NCBI GenBank assembly: GCA_965261005.1
Contig: OZ253375.1
Span: forward strand, 2,624,001 to 2,688,000
Direction of reading: 5' to 3'
Length of the DNA: 64,000 nt
Source: Deinococcus sp.
GTDB lineage: Bacteria > Deinococcota > Deinococci > Deinococcales > Deinococcaceae
In this document: positions 45,287 through 59,819 of the stretch, one piece after another
Position numbering within the stretch: the first letter of the stretch is position 1
How the letters are laid out: every line of letters begins with the position of its first letter
The notes under the pieces: generated by a model
What the model was told of the DNA's origin: nothing
Databases searched by the model: none
The model's input: only the letters and a program-made list of their open reading frames with translations
Made by a program: the position numbers and the translations under genes

Positions 45287-46752
45287 GTAACTGCTCAGGC
45301 GAAGAAGGGGAGGGAAGGAATGATGGGGTAAGGTGAGCGCATGAACGGCGCAGCGAAGTACAACGAAGTGCTGGCCGAGAACGTCGAGCTGAAACGCCAA
45401 CTGCTGTTGGCACTGGAGCGCATCGCCGAATTGGAACGGCAGCTGAAGCTGAGCAGCAGCTTATCGAGCAAGCCGCCTTCGAGCGACTTTCCCAAGCCAC
45501 CCCGCTACCCCAGTCCTGAGCGCAAGCTTGACAAGGCGAGTGGTGGGCAACGCGGGCGTCAAGGTAAGACGCTGAAGATGGTGGAGCATCCCGATGAAGT
45601 GATCGTCCACCCGCTGTTGGGGCAGTGTCCTTGTGGGGCAAGTTGGGACAGCATCGAAGCGAGCGCGTCGGTGGGACGCCAGGTGTTCGACTTGCCCGAG
45701 GTGAAGCTCTTCGTCACTGAGCACCAGGTGGAGGTGAAGTGCTGCCCTGAGTGTGGACGACGGGAGCAAGCTGCTTTTCCAGCAGCCACACCAAGCCGAG
45801 TGCAATACGGGCCGCACGTGTTGACCCTGGCCTTGTATCTACACCAGACGCAGTATTTGAGTCTGGCACGCACGTGCGAGGCCATGCACGAGTTGTTCGG
45901 AGTGGAGCTGTGTGAAGCGACGGTGCTCAGTGCTAGTGAACGTGCCTATCAGCAGCTGAACGACTTCGAGCAACACGCCCAGCAGGCATTGCAGCGCTCA
46001 GGCGTTCTGCACGCGGACGAAACAAGCTACCGGCAGGACGGTCAAAACGCTTGGCTGCATGTGGTCTCCAACGCCCGTTGGACGCTGCTGAGCGCGCACG
46101 CTTCACGTGGCAAAGCAGCGCTGGTGCAGACAGGCGTGCTGAATGACTTCCAGGGCACCGTGCTGCACGATGCTTACGGGATGTACTTCAGTCTGGACAT
46201 CAAGCACGCGTTGTGCGCTGCCCATTTGCTGCGGGAGTTGCGCGCACTGGTCGAGTTCGAGCACGAAGACTGGGCGGCAGAGATGCAGACGGTGTTGCAT
46301 CGTGCCAGGCAACACGTCGAAGACGCCAAGGTGCAGGGGAACGACCAGTTGTCCCCAGCCCAGCGGCATGAAGTGCAGCAGCGTTACCAAAGCGCCCTCG
46401 CCGCAGGCTTCAAGCACCACGCCACCTTGCCCAAAAGACAGCGTGGCAAGCAGCGGCAGCGTCGGGGCAAGAATCTGCTCGACCGGCTTCACAAACACCA
46501 GGACGCGGTGCTGCGCTTCACTCATGACTTCCGGGTGCCCTTCACCAACAACTTGGCCGAGCGGGACTTGCGCATGGTCAAGCTGCGCCAAAAGGTCTCC
46601 GGCAGCTTCCGAGGCAAGGGGGCCTCACACTTCGCCCGCATTCGCTCCTTCGTCTCGACGCTGCGCAAACAAGGTCACGCTGTTTTCCTCAGCTTGCTTG
46701 CCCTCTTCCTTCCCGCTTTACAGCCCCTGCTGCTTTCCGGCTGAGCAGTTAC
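45287..46752 (+). mobile_element. IS66-family element (compact, single ORF)
   Basis: 12-bp IRs GTAACTGCTCAG/CTGAGCAGTTAC; 8-bp TSD CTTGGATC. Confidence 0.93.
45341..46744 (+). CDS. IS66 transposase TnpC
   Basis: SSKPPSSD, HADET, LCAAHLLREL, TNNLAERDLR. Confidence 0.93.
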   Translation: MNGAAKYNEVLAENVELKRQLLLALERIAELERQLKLSSSLSSKPPSSDFPKPPRYPSPERKLDKASGGQRGRQGKTLKMVEHPDEVIVHPLLGQCPCGASWDSIEASASVGRQVFDLPEVKLFVTEHQVEVKCCPECGRREQAAFPAATPSRVQYGPHVLTLALYLHQTQYLSLARTCEAMHELFGVELCEATVLSASERAYQQLNDFEQHAQQALQRSGVLHADETSYRQDGQNAWLHVVSNARWTLLSAHASRGKAALVQTGVLNDFQGTVLHDAYGMYFSLDIKHALCAAHLLRELRALVEFEHEDWAAEMQTVLHRARQHVEDAKVQGNDQLSPAQRHEVQQRYQSALAAGFKHHATLPKRQRGKQRQRRGKNLLDRLHKHQDAVLRFTHDFRVPFTNNLAERDLRMVKLRQKVSGSFRGKGASHFARIRSFVSTLRKQGHAVFLSLLALFLPALQPLLLSG

Positions 46753-47097
46753 CTTGGATCGCTGCATAGGTACTTATATTCATTCCACTCCGTTTGTTCA
46801 AGGAAGCAGTGTGCCCTCCATTTGGCGTCGTCTATCATCCAAGGATAGTCTTCTTCAGGAATTTCGTCATAGGATTGAAGCACAGGAAGAGCGTATTGTT
46901 CAATCAAGTCGTCCGTGACTTCTTCTCTACTGCTTAGGTGTTTATAGATTCGGACCAGCGTATGAGCCGTTATAGTTGCTCCATACGTCTGAATGTAGAA
47001 ATCCGGCTCCTTCATCACTTTCTCCCCGAGATGTGTTTCTTGAGCGGGATGACCCAACTCTCGTCAAAACTGTTAAGCTCGGGATCGAGAAGGAATT

Positions 47098-47400
47098 TTA
47101 TAACAGCTTTGCTAATGATCCATCTTCGGAAAGTCTCCATTTCAAGCGTAACCAAAAGCCAGAGTACTGGGGTAGGTCAGGTTCAAGTATCGCAAAAGTT
47201 TTACTTGTAGGAAGATGTACAAACCAATTCTCTTGAATGCCGCCGAAACTTGCTATGCTTTGAACTACTGGCACCTCAATAAAGTCTTTGTTGCCGCTTA
47301 AATACTCTAATAACTCAATCCACTGAGTATGACTAGAGAAATCCATACTTTCCTCAAGCATTACTGAGTAGTCGAAAGAGCTTAGTTCACTGGATGTCAT
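47098..47400 (-). CDS. Putative cognate immunity protein
   Basis: Low GC; ATGA overlap with the toxin stop; W...EPDLP..GFW motif. Confidence 0.65.
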   Translation of the reverse strand: MTSSELSSFDYSVMLEESMDFSSHTQWIELLEYLSGNKDFIEVPVVQSIASFGGIQENWFVHLPTSKTFAILEPDLPQYSGFWLRLKWRLSEDGSLAKLL

Positions 47401-47725
47401 TTCAGGCGTCCGCCCTTCTTGATCCACTCCTTGGGAACTCGGAACTCGGGTGCGAACATCACTTGATTGCGCCCCCCGACCCACGGTCCACGTTGATAGC
47501 CGGCCTCACCGACAAAAATATGCGTTCCCGCCGGAACCTCAATCTCGACCCAGCGCGTTCCCTGCGTGAAATTGTGCTTCAGGCTCTGCTTTCCCGCGTC
47601 CGTTCTCCAGGACCAGTCGAAGTCGAGCGCAGCGTCCACCCGTACTTGTAAAGAGCCGTGCGGCTTCTCCAACGTCCAAAAACCGCCCAGTTCCCCGTTG
47701 AATTCCGGCGACCACACACGGTAGA

Positions 47726-48914
47726 CTGACATGTTGCAGATTTCATAGGGGTTGTCTGGAACGCGGTTTTGGCCCCAAGCTGGGGTGTGAATCCAAAAGA
47801 AGCACGTTCCAGACAACTCTATTCTGACATCCTCAAGAGCTTCGCTCGTAAGCAGCACCGCGACTCGTTGCGCGTCTTCCTCGACTTGCTCCTCGAAGCC
47901 AAGGGCCGACCATTCCCCAGTCAAGCCACCGTCAAGTCTCCCGCTGCCATCAGCCGGTTTCTCAACCACTACGGCTGGTCCACCCGCTCCCTCGTTCGCG
48001 CCCTGCGTCACCACGCTCAGCAAACGCTCCTCGACTTCTGGCGCTCAGCTCCCCACCAGCGTCCCCGCCTCGAACTCTTGATCGACCTCACCAGCTTGGA
48101 AAAGACCGGCCACTTTGAGCAGTTGGATGACTGGATGCACGTCTACAACGGCGTCCACGGCGTTCATCTGGTCGTCCTCTACCTCTGCTGTGGTCCGCTC
48201 CGCTTGCCCTGGGCCGTCCAGGTCTGGCGCGGTAAAGGCACCCCCTCACCCGCCGTGCTGGCCCTTAAACTGCTCCGCAGCGTTCCCAAGGGGTTGCTCA
48301 GCAGCGGTCGAAAGGCGCGCGTGCATGCCGACGGCGGCTTCGAGTGTGCCACCTTCATCCACGGTGTCCTCGACGTTGGGTTCGATCTGATCGTGGGCGT
48401 GCGCAAAAACCGCAAGCTCGCAGATGGCCGCACCGTCGCCGACCTCACCGTGCGTGGCTCGACCGTCACCCCTCAAGGACTGCGTCAGCACATGACCGTC
48501 TCTTGGGTTTGGCTGTACCGCAACACGCAGCCCGAACAGCGTTTCGTGATGTCCAGCTGCAAACTGGGCGGTGTCTACCTGGCCCGTGTAGGCAAACGTC
48601 GCTGGAAGATCGAGGCGTTCTTCAAAACCATCAAAGGCCGTTTCGGTTTGGAACGCTTTGCCCAGCACAGCAAACAGGGCGCCTTCCGCTTTTGGTGCCT
48701 CTCGACCTTGGCCTTCCTGCTGTGTCACTTGGCCGATCTCGACTTGCCACCACGGCCACCTGGCGAGTGGCCGGATTGGGGTGAACTGGCCAAAGCCCTG
48801 CGGCTCACCCTGCTCGCCGACGTGCGCCGTGCCGCCCTGCTCCTCGAACTCGCCGACCTCGACGCCGCTCAAGACGCCATCCCTACCCACGCTCCTTAAA
48901 CTGCAATATGTCAG
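47726..48914 (+). mobile_element. IS701-like element
   Basis: IRs CTGACATGTTGCAG/CTGCAATATGTCAG; 4-bp TSD TAGA. Confidence 0.88.
47787..48899 (+). CDS. DDE transposase (IS701/IS4-like)
   Basis: LIDLTSLEKTG, HADGGF, RWKIEAFFK. Confidence 0.88.
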   Translation: MNPKEARSRQLYSDILKSFARKQHRDSLRVFLDLLLEAKGRPFPSQATVKSPAAISRFLNHYGWSTRSLVRALRHHAQQTLLDFWRSAPHQRPRLELLIDLTSLEKTGHFEQLDDWMHVYNGVHGVHLVVLYLCCGPLRLPWAVQVWRGKGTPSPAVLALKLLRSVPKGLLSSGRKARVHADGGFECATFIHGVLDVGFDLIVGVRKNRKLADGRTVADLTVRGSTVTPQGLRQHMTVSWVWLYRNTQPEQRFVMSSCKLGGVYLARVGKRRWKIEAFFKTIKGRFGLERFAQHSKQGAFRFWCLSTLAFLLCHLADLDLPPRPPGEWPDWGELAKALRLTLLADVRRAALLLELADLDAAQDAIPTHAP

Positions 48915-51035
48915 TAGAGCTTGATCGGCTTCGTGAGGGCAAACTCCGTGTATTTGGCTCCTGCAAACGTTGCAGAACCAGAGGAGCGGGAGACCGCACG
49001 TATAGCAGCTTCGTCCTCTAAGCCCTCAAGTGACTTGGTGAGCGGTCCCGCATGGCTGATGTCGTACTCATCAACCTTCTTCCCATATCGTCCCGCCCAC
49101 TTCATGTAGCGCTGGTAGTAGAGCGCTTGCTCGCTCGTCAGCTTGCCGCCGAAGAGCTTGCTTGCCCCCTGCTTGAGCGCTCCCTTGGCGCCCAGCTCCG
49201 CCCCCTCTTTCGCCAGCTTGCCCGTCCCGAGCGTCCCGAGCGTCAGGCCGATGCCCGCCAAAGCGTCGAAGCGGTTGCCCTGCTGCCCTTCCAAGGTGTG
49301 CCCGCTCTTCAGCACCGACAGATCGTTCACGCTCAGGGTGTCGGCCAGCAAGCGCCCCGCCCCGCGCGTGACGCTGGCCCGGGTGAACTGCCCGCGCTCG
49401 TCGCGGAACAGGTCCGGGAGGTGGGCCAGCCCTTTGACCATGTTGACGCCCTGCACATCGGGTCGCCAACTGCCGCTCAGCGACTCGGCCAGTTCGGCGT
49501 AGCCGCTCCGTTTGAGCTGGTTGACCAGGGCGGCTTGCAAGTCAAAGGAGAGGACGGCGCTCACCTGGCTGGCCCAGTCTTGCCACACGCCACGCGGCTT
49601 TCCCGGCTCGGCCAAACGTTGCACGATGCGAGCAGAGGTGTTGAGGGAGGCGAACTTGTCCGCCACCGGCGCCTTGAGAACGCTCGGGATGTTCTTGGCG
49701 GAAGCGTTCTGTGCAAACGCCTTGCCCGCCAGCCTGGCTTCCTGCTCCAAGCCAGCGTCAGGGTCAATGCCCTTGCCCGCGACCTTGCCCTGGGCCTGCT
49801 GCACGGTGTGCGTCACCTCGTGGGCCAGCAGCTCTTGCCCTTCGGCGCTCTCGGTGTCCAGCTTGCCGTGCTGAAAGAAAATGTCCGTTCCGGTAGTGGC
49901 GGCGATGGCCTGAACCGACTTCGCAAAGCTGTGGGCGGCAGGGTCGGCGTGGACCCGCACCGTTTGCAAGTGTTCTCTCGGAATGTTCAGCCCCACTTCC
50001 AATTGCCGCTGTACCGCGAGAGGCAGGGGTTGACCGCTGCCCCTCGGGATCGCTTGGGGAGCAAGGGCGTCTTCCTCTGTCAGCTTCCGTTGCAAGGCGT
50101 GCAGTTCCAGCGCCTTCTGATCCTGCGCTTGGAATTGCTGATGCTCTTGTTCAGCCTCGTCCAGCGCTCTCTGCACCGAAGGCCGCTCACCGGCGGGTAA
50201 ACGTTGCAGGACGACCTGTGCCACGTGTTTCCCTTGCGGCTGGCGTTGCACCAGGGCCAAGCTCTGCCCCAGCTCGGCGTAACGCTGGATGGTGGGGGAA
50301 GTGTCGCTTCGGAAGCGCTGCGCCAAGTCCTGCGCTGCCCGCTGCTGAATGGTCGGCCAGGCGGACATGGAGACGAAGCCGCTGTGCTGGTCGGCCTGCC
50401 GTTGCAACGACACCGCTTCATGGGCGTAGCGCTGGGCGTGGTCGGCGTAGGAAGGCTGTGACCTCGTCGGACCGCTGAAGATGGGGGGCAAGGCCGGCAC
50501 CCCAGCTTGCTCGGCCTGACGTTGTAGCGCGGCTTGCAGGGCGTCCCTGGGCAGGTCGTGTTCCAGTTCGGCGATCTGACGCTGCAAAGCCAACTGCGAT
50601 TGCTGACGCTGCAAGACCAAGGTGCGTTGGACCTGAGCCGCTTCGAGGACTGGGGCGGCGCTTGAACGCTGGGCGACGGCTGGTGTTGCGAAAAACTGCT
50701 GGTAACGCTCAAGGGTGCGCTGTTGCAGGTCAAGCTGGATGGCGGCCTGATCCGGGACTGGCAGCGGGGGGATGTAGCTGATCTGCGGCGCTGCGGCTGC
50801 CCTTTGCTGACCTTGCGGCTTGCGCTCCTCGTAGTCGGACATTAGATCCTCCTGTGATGGTCCCAGCGTATATGATTTGCGCTTCCAAAGGGCATGAATT
50901 TCGCCCATGCCAACTTCGCCTGACCGGTCATGTTCGTTCATATTGCGGAGGGCTGTATCTTTATTCCTGCTCGTTACCAAAACGAACAGATTTTAAACTG
51001 TTCGGAATCTGTTTCATGCGACCTTGTTCTAGGGG

Positions 51036-51884
51036 CTACTCGATCACTGCGCGCTCCCGCTCTTCCAACGCGATTGGCACCCGGCGGTAAATGGCCTGCA
51101 CGACGCTGAAGATGCCCAGCGCGATCAGGCCCAGCGCCACCAGGGCCACCAACCACGGTCCCAGCGGCAGGGTCTTCAGGGTTGCCAGCGCCTGGCGCAG
51201 CCCGCCCGCCTCCTGCACGTTGTTCCTGTAACCTGCCAGCACCAGAAAGACGCCGACCGTGGCGACGATGACGGCCCGCGCGATCAGGCCCCAGCGGCCG
51301 AGCTGCGTGGCGAGGGCCAATCCCAGGGGATGCAGGCGCCCTTCATCTATGCCGGCCAGAAACAGCTTGCGCCACGCGACGTAGACCTGGTCGGTTGCCA
51401 GACCCAGCGCCACCAGGCCGCCCGCAACGATCAGCCACGGCCCGGCGGAGAAGGCCAGGAAGCGCCCGGTCCACTTCTCGGCCTGGCTGCCTGAACTGCC
51501 CCAGTTCCCCAGCGCAATGCTGATCGCCAGCCAAGCCAGCCCGGAATAGATGACGCCGTTGACCAGCGCGCCGCCGCGCCTGAGCCAGCCCAACCAGGTG
51601 CGGCCCTCCTCCTCCGCGTCAAACACCGCCCACAGCGCCTGCCACGCGGCGAAGCCCACGAAGCCCAGCGCCAGCACGCCCAGCAGCAGCTGCCCCGACC
51701 AGGCGGCGCCCAACTGCACAAAGGCGCCCCGAAAGTTCTTGGGCAGGTCATAACTGGTCAGTGCCGCGCGCAGGGCGAAGGCGCCCAGCACCGCGTAGGT
51801 GAAGCCGATGGCCGCGAAGCCCAGCCGGGCCAAGCGCACGATCCACGGCGCGGCCACGGCCAAAGCGCGCCTGAAGATGGTCAC
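51036..51884 (-). CDS. DUF1206 membrane protein
   Basis: LARLGFAAIG, GLRQALATL...PLGPWL repeats. Confidence 0.85.
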   Translation of the reverse strand: MTIFRRALAVAAPWIVRLARLGFAAIGFTYAVLGAFALRAALTSYDLPKNFRGAFVQLGAAWSGQLLLGVLALGFVGFAAWQALWAVFDAEEEGRTWLGWLRRGGALVNGVIYSGLAWLAISIALGNWGSSGSQAEKWTGRFLAFSAGPWLIVAGGLVALGLATDQVYVAWRKLFLAGIDEGRLHPLGLALATQLGRWGLIARAVIVATVGVFLVLAGYRNNVQEAGGLRQALATLKTLPLGPWLVALVALGLIALGIFSVVQAIYRRVPIALEERERAVIE

Positions 51885-51955
51885 GGCCTCAAGCTAGCTC
51901 GCTGGGCGCGCGGCAAGGGTAAGCGCCCAGCCCCTTCTTGTGAGTACACTGCGGC

Positions 51956-53260
<1,305 letters not shown>

Positions 53261-53269
53261 AGTCGGGCC

Positions 53270-53644
53270 ATGCGCTTTTTCCTGATCAAGCTGGGCGTGA
53301 ACGCCCTGGCGCTGTGGCTGACCAGCCAGCTGGTGTCCGGCGTCTTTTTCGAGCGCGGCGCGGGCCTCTGGGACGTGCTGCTGGCCGCCCTGGTGCTGGG
53401 GCTGGTGAACGCCCTGATCCGGCCGCTGCTGTTGCTGCTGACCCTGCCCATCACGCTGCTGACGCTGGGGTTGTTCGCGCTGGTCGTGAACGCCGCCGTC
53501 TTGTGGCTGGTGGCGGCCGTGACGCGGCTCGACCTCACCGGCTTCGGCGGCGCCTTTTGGGGCGCCCTGGTGCTGGCAATCGTGAGCTGGCTGCTGGACG
53601 TGACCTTGGAGCGCGCCCTGCTGCCGGACAGGCGCTTCAAATAA
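53270..53644 (+). CDS. YvlD/DUF360 (holin-family 4) membrane protein
   Basis: LGLVNALIRPLL.LLTLP...LTLGLF.LVVNA. Confidence 0.85.
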   Translation: MRFFLIKLGVNALALWLTSQLVSGVFFERGAGLWDVLLAALVLGLVNALIRPLLLLLTLPITLLTLGLFALVVNAAVLWLVAAVTRLDLTGFGGAFWGALVLAIVSWLLDVTLERALLPDRRFK

Positions 53645-53665
53645 AGCTGCCTGTAGACTAACCCG

Positions 53666-54283
53666 ATGCTGATCACTCTTGCGTGGACAGATCCCCTTCT
53701 TTTCGTCATTATTCTTGCCTGTCTGGTCATGTCCCTGACCGTACACGAATTTGCGCATGCCTGGACCGCTAACTACTACGGCGACCCGACTGCCCGATTG
53801 CAAGGCCGGCTGACCCTCAATCCGATCAAACACCTCGATCCTATAGGCACCCTGCTGATGCTATTTACTTACTTCGGCTTCGCGCGCCCGGTGCCGGTCA
53901 ACTTCAATCGTGTAGGCCGCTGGGGCATGCTGGCGGTGGCCGCTGCCGGCCCAATTTCTAATCTTTTGGTTGCACTTCTAAGCGTGCTGCTGCTGCGACT
54001 ATTTGGTAACACCCCTGAGGTCACAAGCGGCATATTGATCCTGTTTTCTATCAACGTAGTGCTGGCGGTCTTCAACCTGATCCCGATCCCATTGCTGGAT
54101 GGCAGCCGCATCTTTGCGGCGCTGTTTCCGAACACCCTCGGCCGCTCGCTGGCCGACTTTGAGCGGCTGCCCTACGCCTTTTTGCTGGTGTTCGGCTTCA
54201 TCTTTTTAGCGCGCGGCCCTATCCTTCAGTTCGTCATATACGCCCAACGGCTGGCGTTGCAACTGGCGGGCAGCGTCTTCTGA
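53666..54283 (+). CDS. Site-2 protease (M50) family
   Basis: HEFAH, GDPT, AGPISN, FNLIPIPLLDG. Confidence 0.92.
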   Translation: MLITLAWTDPLLFVIILACLVMSLTVHEFAHAWTANYYGDPTARLQGRLTLNPIKHLDPIGTLLMLFTYFGFARPVPVNFNRVGRWGMLAVAAAGPISNLLVALLSVLLLRLFGNTPEVTSGILILFSINVVLAVFNLIPIPLLDGSRIFAALFPNTLGRSLADFERLPYAFLLVFGFIFLARGPILQFVIYAQRLALQLAGSVF

Positions 54284-54347
54284 GGACGCCGCGTGGACCT
54301 CGATTCCTAGACGTCGACCGACAGGGCGTGTCACCCTGCCATCCTCT

Positions 54348-56993
<2,646 letters not shown>

Positions 56994-57041
56994 TTAGGGA
57001 GAGGCGAGGAGCTTGAGGAGGGTTTCGCGGTACTCATCACT

Positions 57042-57932
57042 AGACCTCTTGCGAAAGTCGTGGGTTAAGCTCAAGGGGTGGAGCGAGATCGCCTGAGACG
57101 GACACTGAAGATGAACCGCAAGCAGTTCCGCCGACGCACCGGGGTGTATCCCGAAACCTTCGCCCAGATGGAAGCGGTGCTGATCGAGCGAGAAGGACAG
57201 AAGAAGAAATCTGGTCGTCCAGCCGCGCTCAGGGTGGCTGAACAACTTCTGATGACACTGGAATTCTGGCGCGAGTACCGCACCTTCGCGCACCTGGGTG
57301 ACGACTGGGGCGTCCATGAGACCACGGTGCACCGCACGGTGGAACGTGTCGAAGAAGCCCTGATCGCCAGCCAGCAGTTCCAGATGCCTAGAAAGCGCGT
57401 GTTCCAGCAAGCGCAGACGGTCTACAGCATCGTGGCCGTCGATGCGTCCGAAGTGCCGTGTGAACGACCCAAAAAAAGCAGCGCCGCTGGTACAGCGGCA
57501 AGAAGAAGCGGCACACCTTGAAGTTCCAAGTCCTGATCTGTACCGTGACTCAGCACATCCTGGGCACGGCGACGAGTGCTGGAGCCATCCATGATCTCAA
57601 GCTGTTTCGGCAGTCTGGGGTACGGTTTCCTCATGACACGGCCCTGATCGGGGATGCGGGGTATCAGGGTTTGTGGAGAAGCCACGGGCACGCCATCACC
57701 ACGCATAAGGCGACCAAGTCCAAGCCGTTGACCAAAGAGCAGCGTCGAGAAAACCGGGTGCTGGCCTATACCCGCCAAGGAATCGAACACGTCATCCGTC
57801 GCATGAAGGTCTTTCGGGTGCTCAAGGGCGTCTACCGACATCGGCGGCGTCGCTTTGCCCTTCGGGTTCAGCTCATCGCCGCCCTCTGTAACCTTACCCG
57901 CGCCCAACCCTCCTGACTTTCGCAAGAGGTCT
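57042..57932 (+). mobile_element. IS5-family (ISL2-like) element nested in ISAs1
   Basis: 18-bp perfect IRs AGACCTCTTGCGAAAGTC; 3-bp TSD ACT. Confidence 0.9.
57078..57916 (+). CDS. IS5 transposase, two ORFs joined by a -1 frameshift
   Basis: A7G slippery site 57471-57478 gives RPKKQRRWYSGKKKRHT; DAGYQG and IEHVIR. Confidence 0.85.
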
Positions 57933-59138
57933 ACTGAGGGCAGCCCGTTTGCGTTTGCGTTTGAGGGCGTTTTTGGATGGCTCTCGTTTGAGCAGGTTGA
58001 GGGCGAGTTGTCGCAGGACGGCCATGTTTTCAGGACCGTGGTCCTTGGCGTAGCGGTGGTCGTCCTCACCGAAGACCACGTCCAGCATCCAGTGCAGCTT
58101 GTTCTCCACCTCCCAATGTGTTCTGACTGCATGCAGCACCTTTTTCGCGTCGGTTTCCAAGCTGGTGAGGTAGTAGCGCGTCTCACTGCTGGTCTTGCCC
58201 CCCAGCGTACGGGTGCAAGTCACGCGCGCCACGCTCTTGAGGCCCGGCCAGTGGTGGTCTTCGAGGTAACTCAGGTCAGAGAGCACTTCGCAGCGCCGCG
58301 TTTCTTCCCGGCCATGTCCGCGCTCGCACGTCTCGAACTGGTCATGCTCGACCTGCTCAAAGCCAGCTTGCTCAGCGTCCTCGAAGAGCCAGCGGACGTC
58401 TTCGCTGAGCTTGGGCTGGTTGTCCTTGAGCGCCATGACGTACTCGGCTTGATGCTCAAGGACCTTGCGGGCGACTTCGCGCTGGGTGTTCAGGGCGTCC
58501 ACGGTGACGATGCAGCCCGCCAGTTCCAGTAAAGAAAGAGTGTCGAGTAGGGTGGGCAGCGTGGTGATCTCATTGCTTTTGCCGTCCACCGCCGTGCTGG
58601 TCAAGCACAAGCCGTGCTGATGCGACCAGACGTTGAGCATGTGAACCGCCTTGACGTTGTCGCGAGCGGAGCCGCACAGCTGCTTGCCGTCAATGGCGAG
58701 AACGTCATCGCGGCTCAAGGTGCCACCAATGGCCGCCCTGATCCAATCCAGCACACAGCTTTGGAAGTGCAGGGGGTCAAGCCGCGCGAAAACTCGGCCG
58801 AAGGTATCGTGGGAGGGGATGCCACAGGACAGGTCGAGAAAGGTCGAGAGCCAGTCACGCTTGAGTTCGCCAAAGTCCTCTATGTCGTAGAAGCTTTCGG
58901 CATCCGAGATCACTGCGCACAGCGCGATCACGATCACGTTTACGAGGGGCTGGTTCAAGCCCCGGTTCGCTCGCGGGTCCAGCAACACCGCAAAATGCTC
59001 TACCGCCAAACGCAATTGCTCCTCATTCACCCTCGTAGCCTACCCGTGTACCTCAACGTGCGTCAGCCCTGGGCATCGTCCCCTTGCGCCCCCTGGAGGC
59101 CCATGCTAAGCTCTCTCTCGCCCAAATGTTCGATTTTT

Positions 59139-59214
59139 GGGGCTGTAGCTCAGCTGGGAGAGCGCCTCGTTCGCAATGAGGAGGTCAGCGGTTCGATCCC
59201 GCTCAGCTCCACCA
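59139..59214 (+). tRNA. tRNA-Ala(CGC)
   Basis: GGGGCTG acceptor stem with G3:U70; anticodon loop TTCGCAA; 3' CCA. Confidence 0.95.
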
Positions 59215-59254
59215 AGGAAACCTCGTCCCTGACGGGGTTTTTGCTCTGTGTTGT

Positions 59255-59296
59255 CTTTCAGCATTCTTTATTCTCTAGAATAAAGAATGCTGAAAG
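59255..59296. promoter_or_regulatory. Perfect 20-bp inverted-repeat operator over the -10 and start codon
   Basis: CTTTCAGCATTCTTTATTCT-ct-AGAATAAAGAATGCTGAAAG; contains TAGAAT and ATG 59287. Confidence 0.75.
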
Positions 59297-59817
59297 CTCA
59301 GGACCTGCTCGTCGCGCTCAAGCTGAGTCTGGAACAGCCCGCCCGCGGCACCGATCTGGCGGAAGCGCTGACCTTGAGCGTTGCGGAGACATATCTCGCG
59401 CTCAAACGTCTCGTGACCTGTCATCTCGCCCGCGAGGCTATGAAGGGCGCTTTGCCGCTGGTCATCCGCCGCAACTTGCTGGAGTTTCTGGTCCACGGCG
59501 TCAGGTACACCTTTCCCGCCACCCTTGGCGAGCCTACCCGCGGTTTTCCCACTGCACATGCCGCCCCGCCGCTTTCACAAGACATGCTGGCCAGCGATCT
59601 GCCGCCCGTATGGCCGTCGCCAAGGGGAACGGTGCGGGGCTTCGCCCTGTCTCCCCTTTACAAGAGCGTTCCCGAGGCGGCGCTGCGCGACCCCCGTCTG
59701 TATGAACTGCTGGCCCTGGTGGACGCCGTTCGGGCCGGAACGGCGCGGGAGCGCTTGCTCGCCTCGAAGCTGCTCGAAGAACGGCTCATGACGGCCGCGA
59801 CCACACAGGAGGTCTGA
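59287..59817 (+). CDS. HTH protein, putative type IV (AbiEi-like) antitoxin
   Basis: N-terminal HTH; LLEFLVHGVRY.FP, G.PTA, PPVWP, PLY motifs; paired with an NTase gene. Confidence 0.65.
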   Translation: MLKAQDLLVALKLSLEQPARGTDLAEALTLSVAETYLALKRLVTCHLAREAMKGALPLVIRRNLLEFLVHGVRYTFPATLGEPTRGFPTAHAAPPLSQDMLASDLPPVWPSPRGTVRGFALSPLYKSVPEAALRDPRLYELLALVDAVRAGTARERLLASKLLEERLMTAATTQEV

Positions 59818-59819
59818 TC

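Larger units (their letters stand above)
45215..47015 (-). pseudogene. Putative second immunity gene interrupted by IS66
   Basis: 47015-46753 joined to 45278-45215 gives an in-frame 108-aa ORF. Confidence 0.55.
47397..50842 (-). pseudogene. DUF4157 (eCIS-core) polymorphic toxin split by IS701
   Basis: GQPLP...VRVH...LLAHEVTHTVQQ; removing the IS joins KPIKLY to RVWSP in frame (750 aa). Confidence 0.85.
56994..59030 (-). pseudogene. ISAs1 transposase interrupted near its 3' end by IS5
   Basis: PSHDTF, IDGK, KSNEI, HWEVENKLHW; tail DEYRETLLKLL lies beyond the IS5. Confidence 0.88.

Noticed and set aside
50986..51003. AACAG-N8-CTGTT palindrome upstream of the toxin as a radiation/desiccation response motif
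   Set aside because: Does not match the arm orientation of that consensus and is too short to support alone
53270..53644. Holin-family gene as evidence of a prophage
   Set aside because: YvlD/DUF360 proteins are common chromosomal membrane proteins; this one lies in the purB operon with no phage genes
57078..57916. IS5 transposase as a pseudogene
   Set aside because: The break is at an A7G slippery site consistent with programmed frameshifting, and the IRs are perfect
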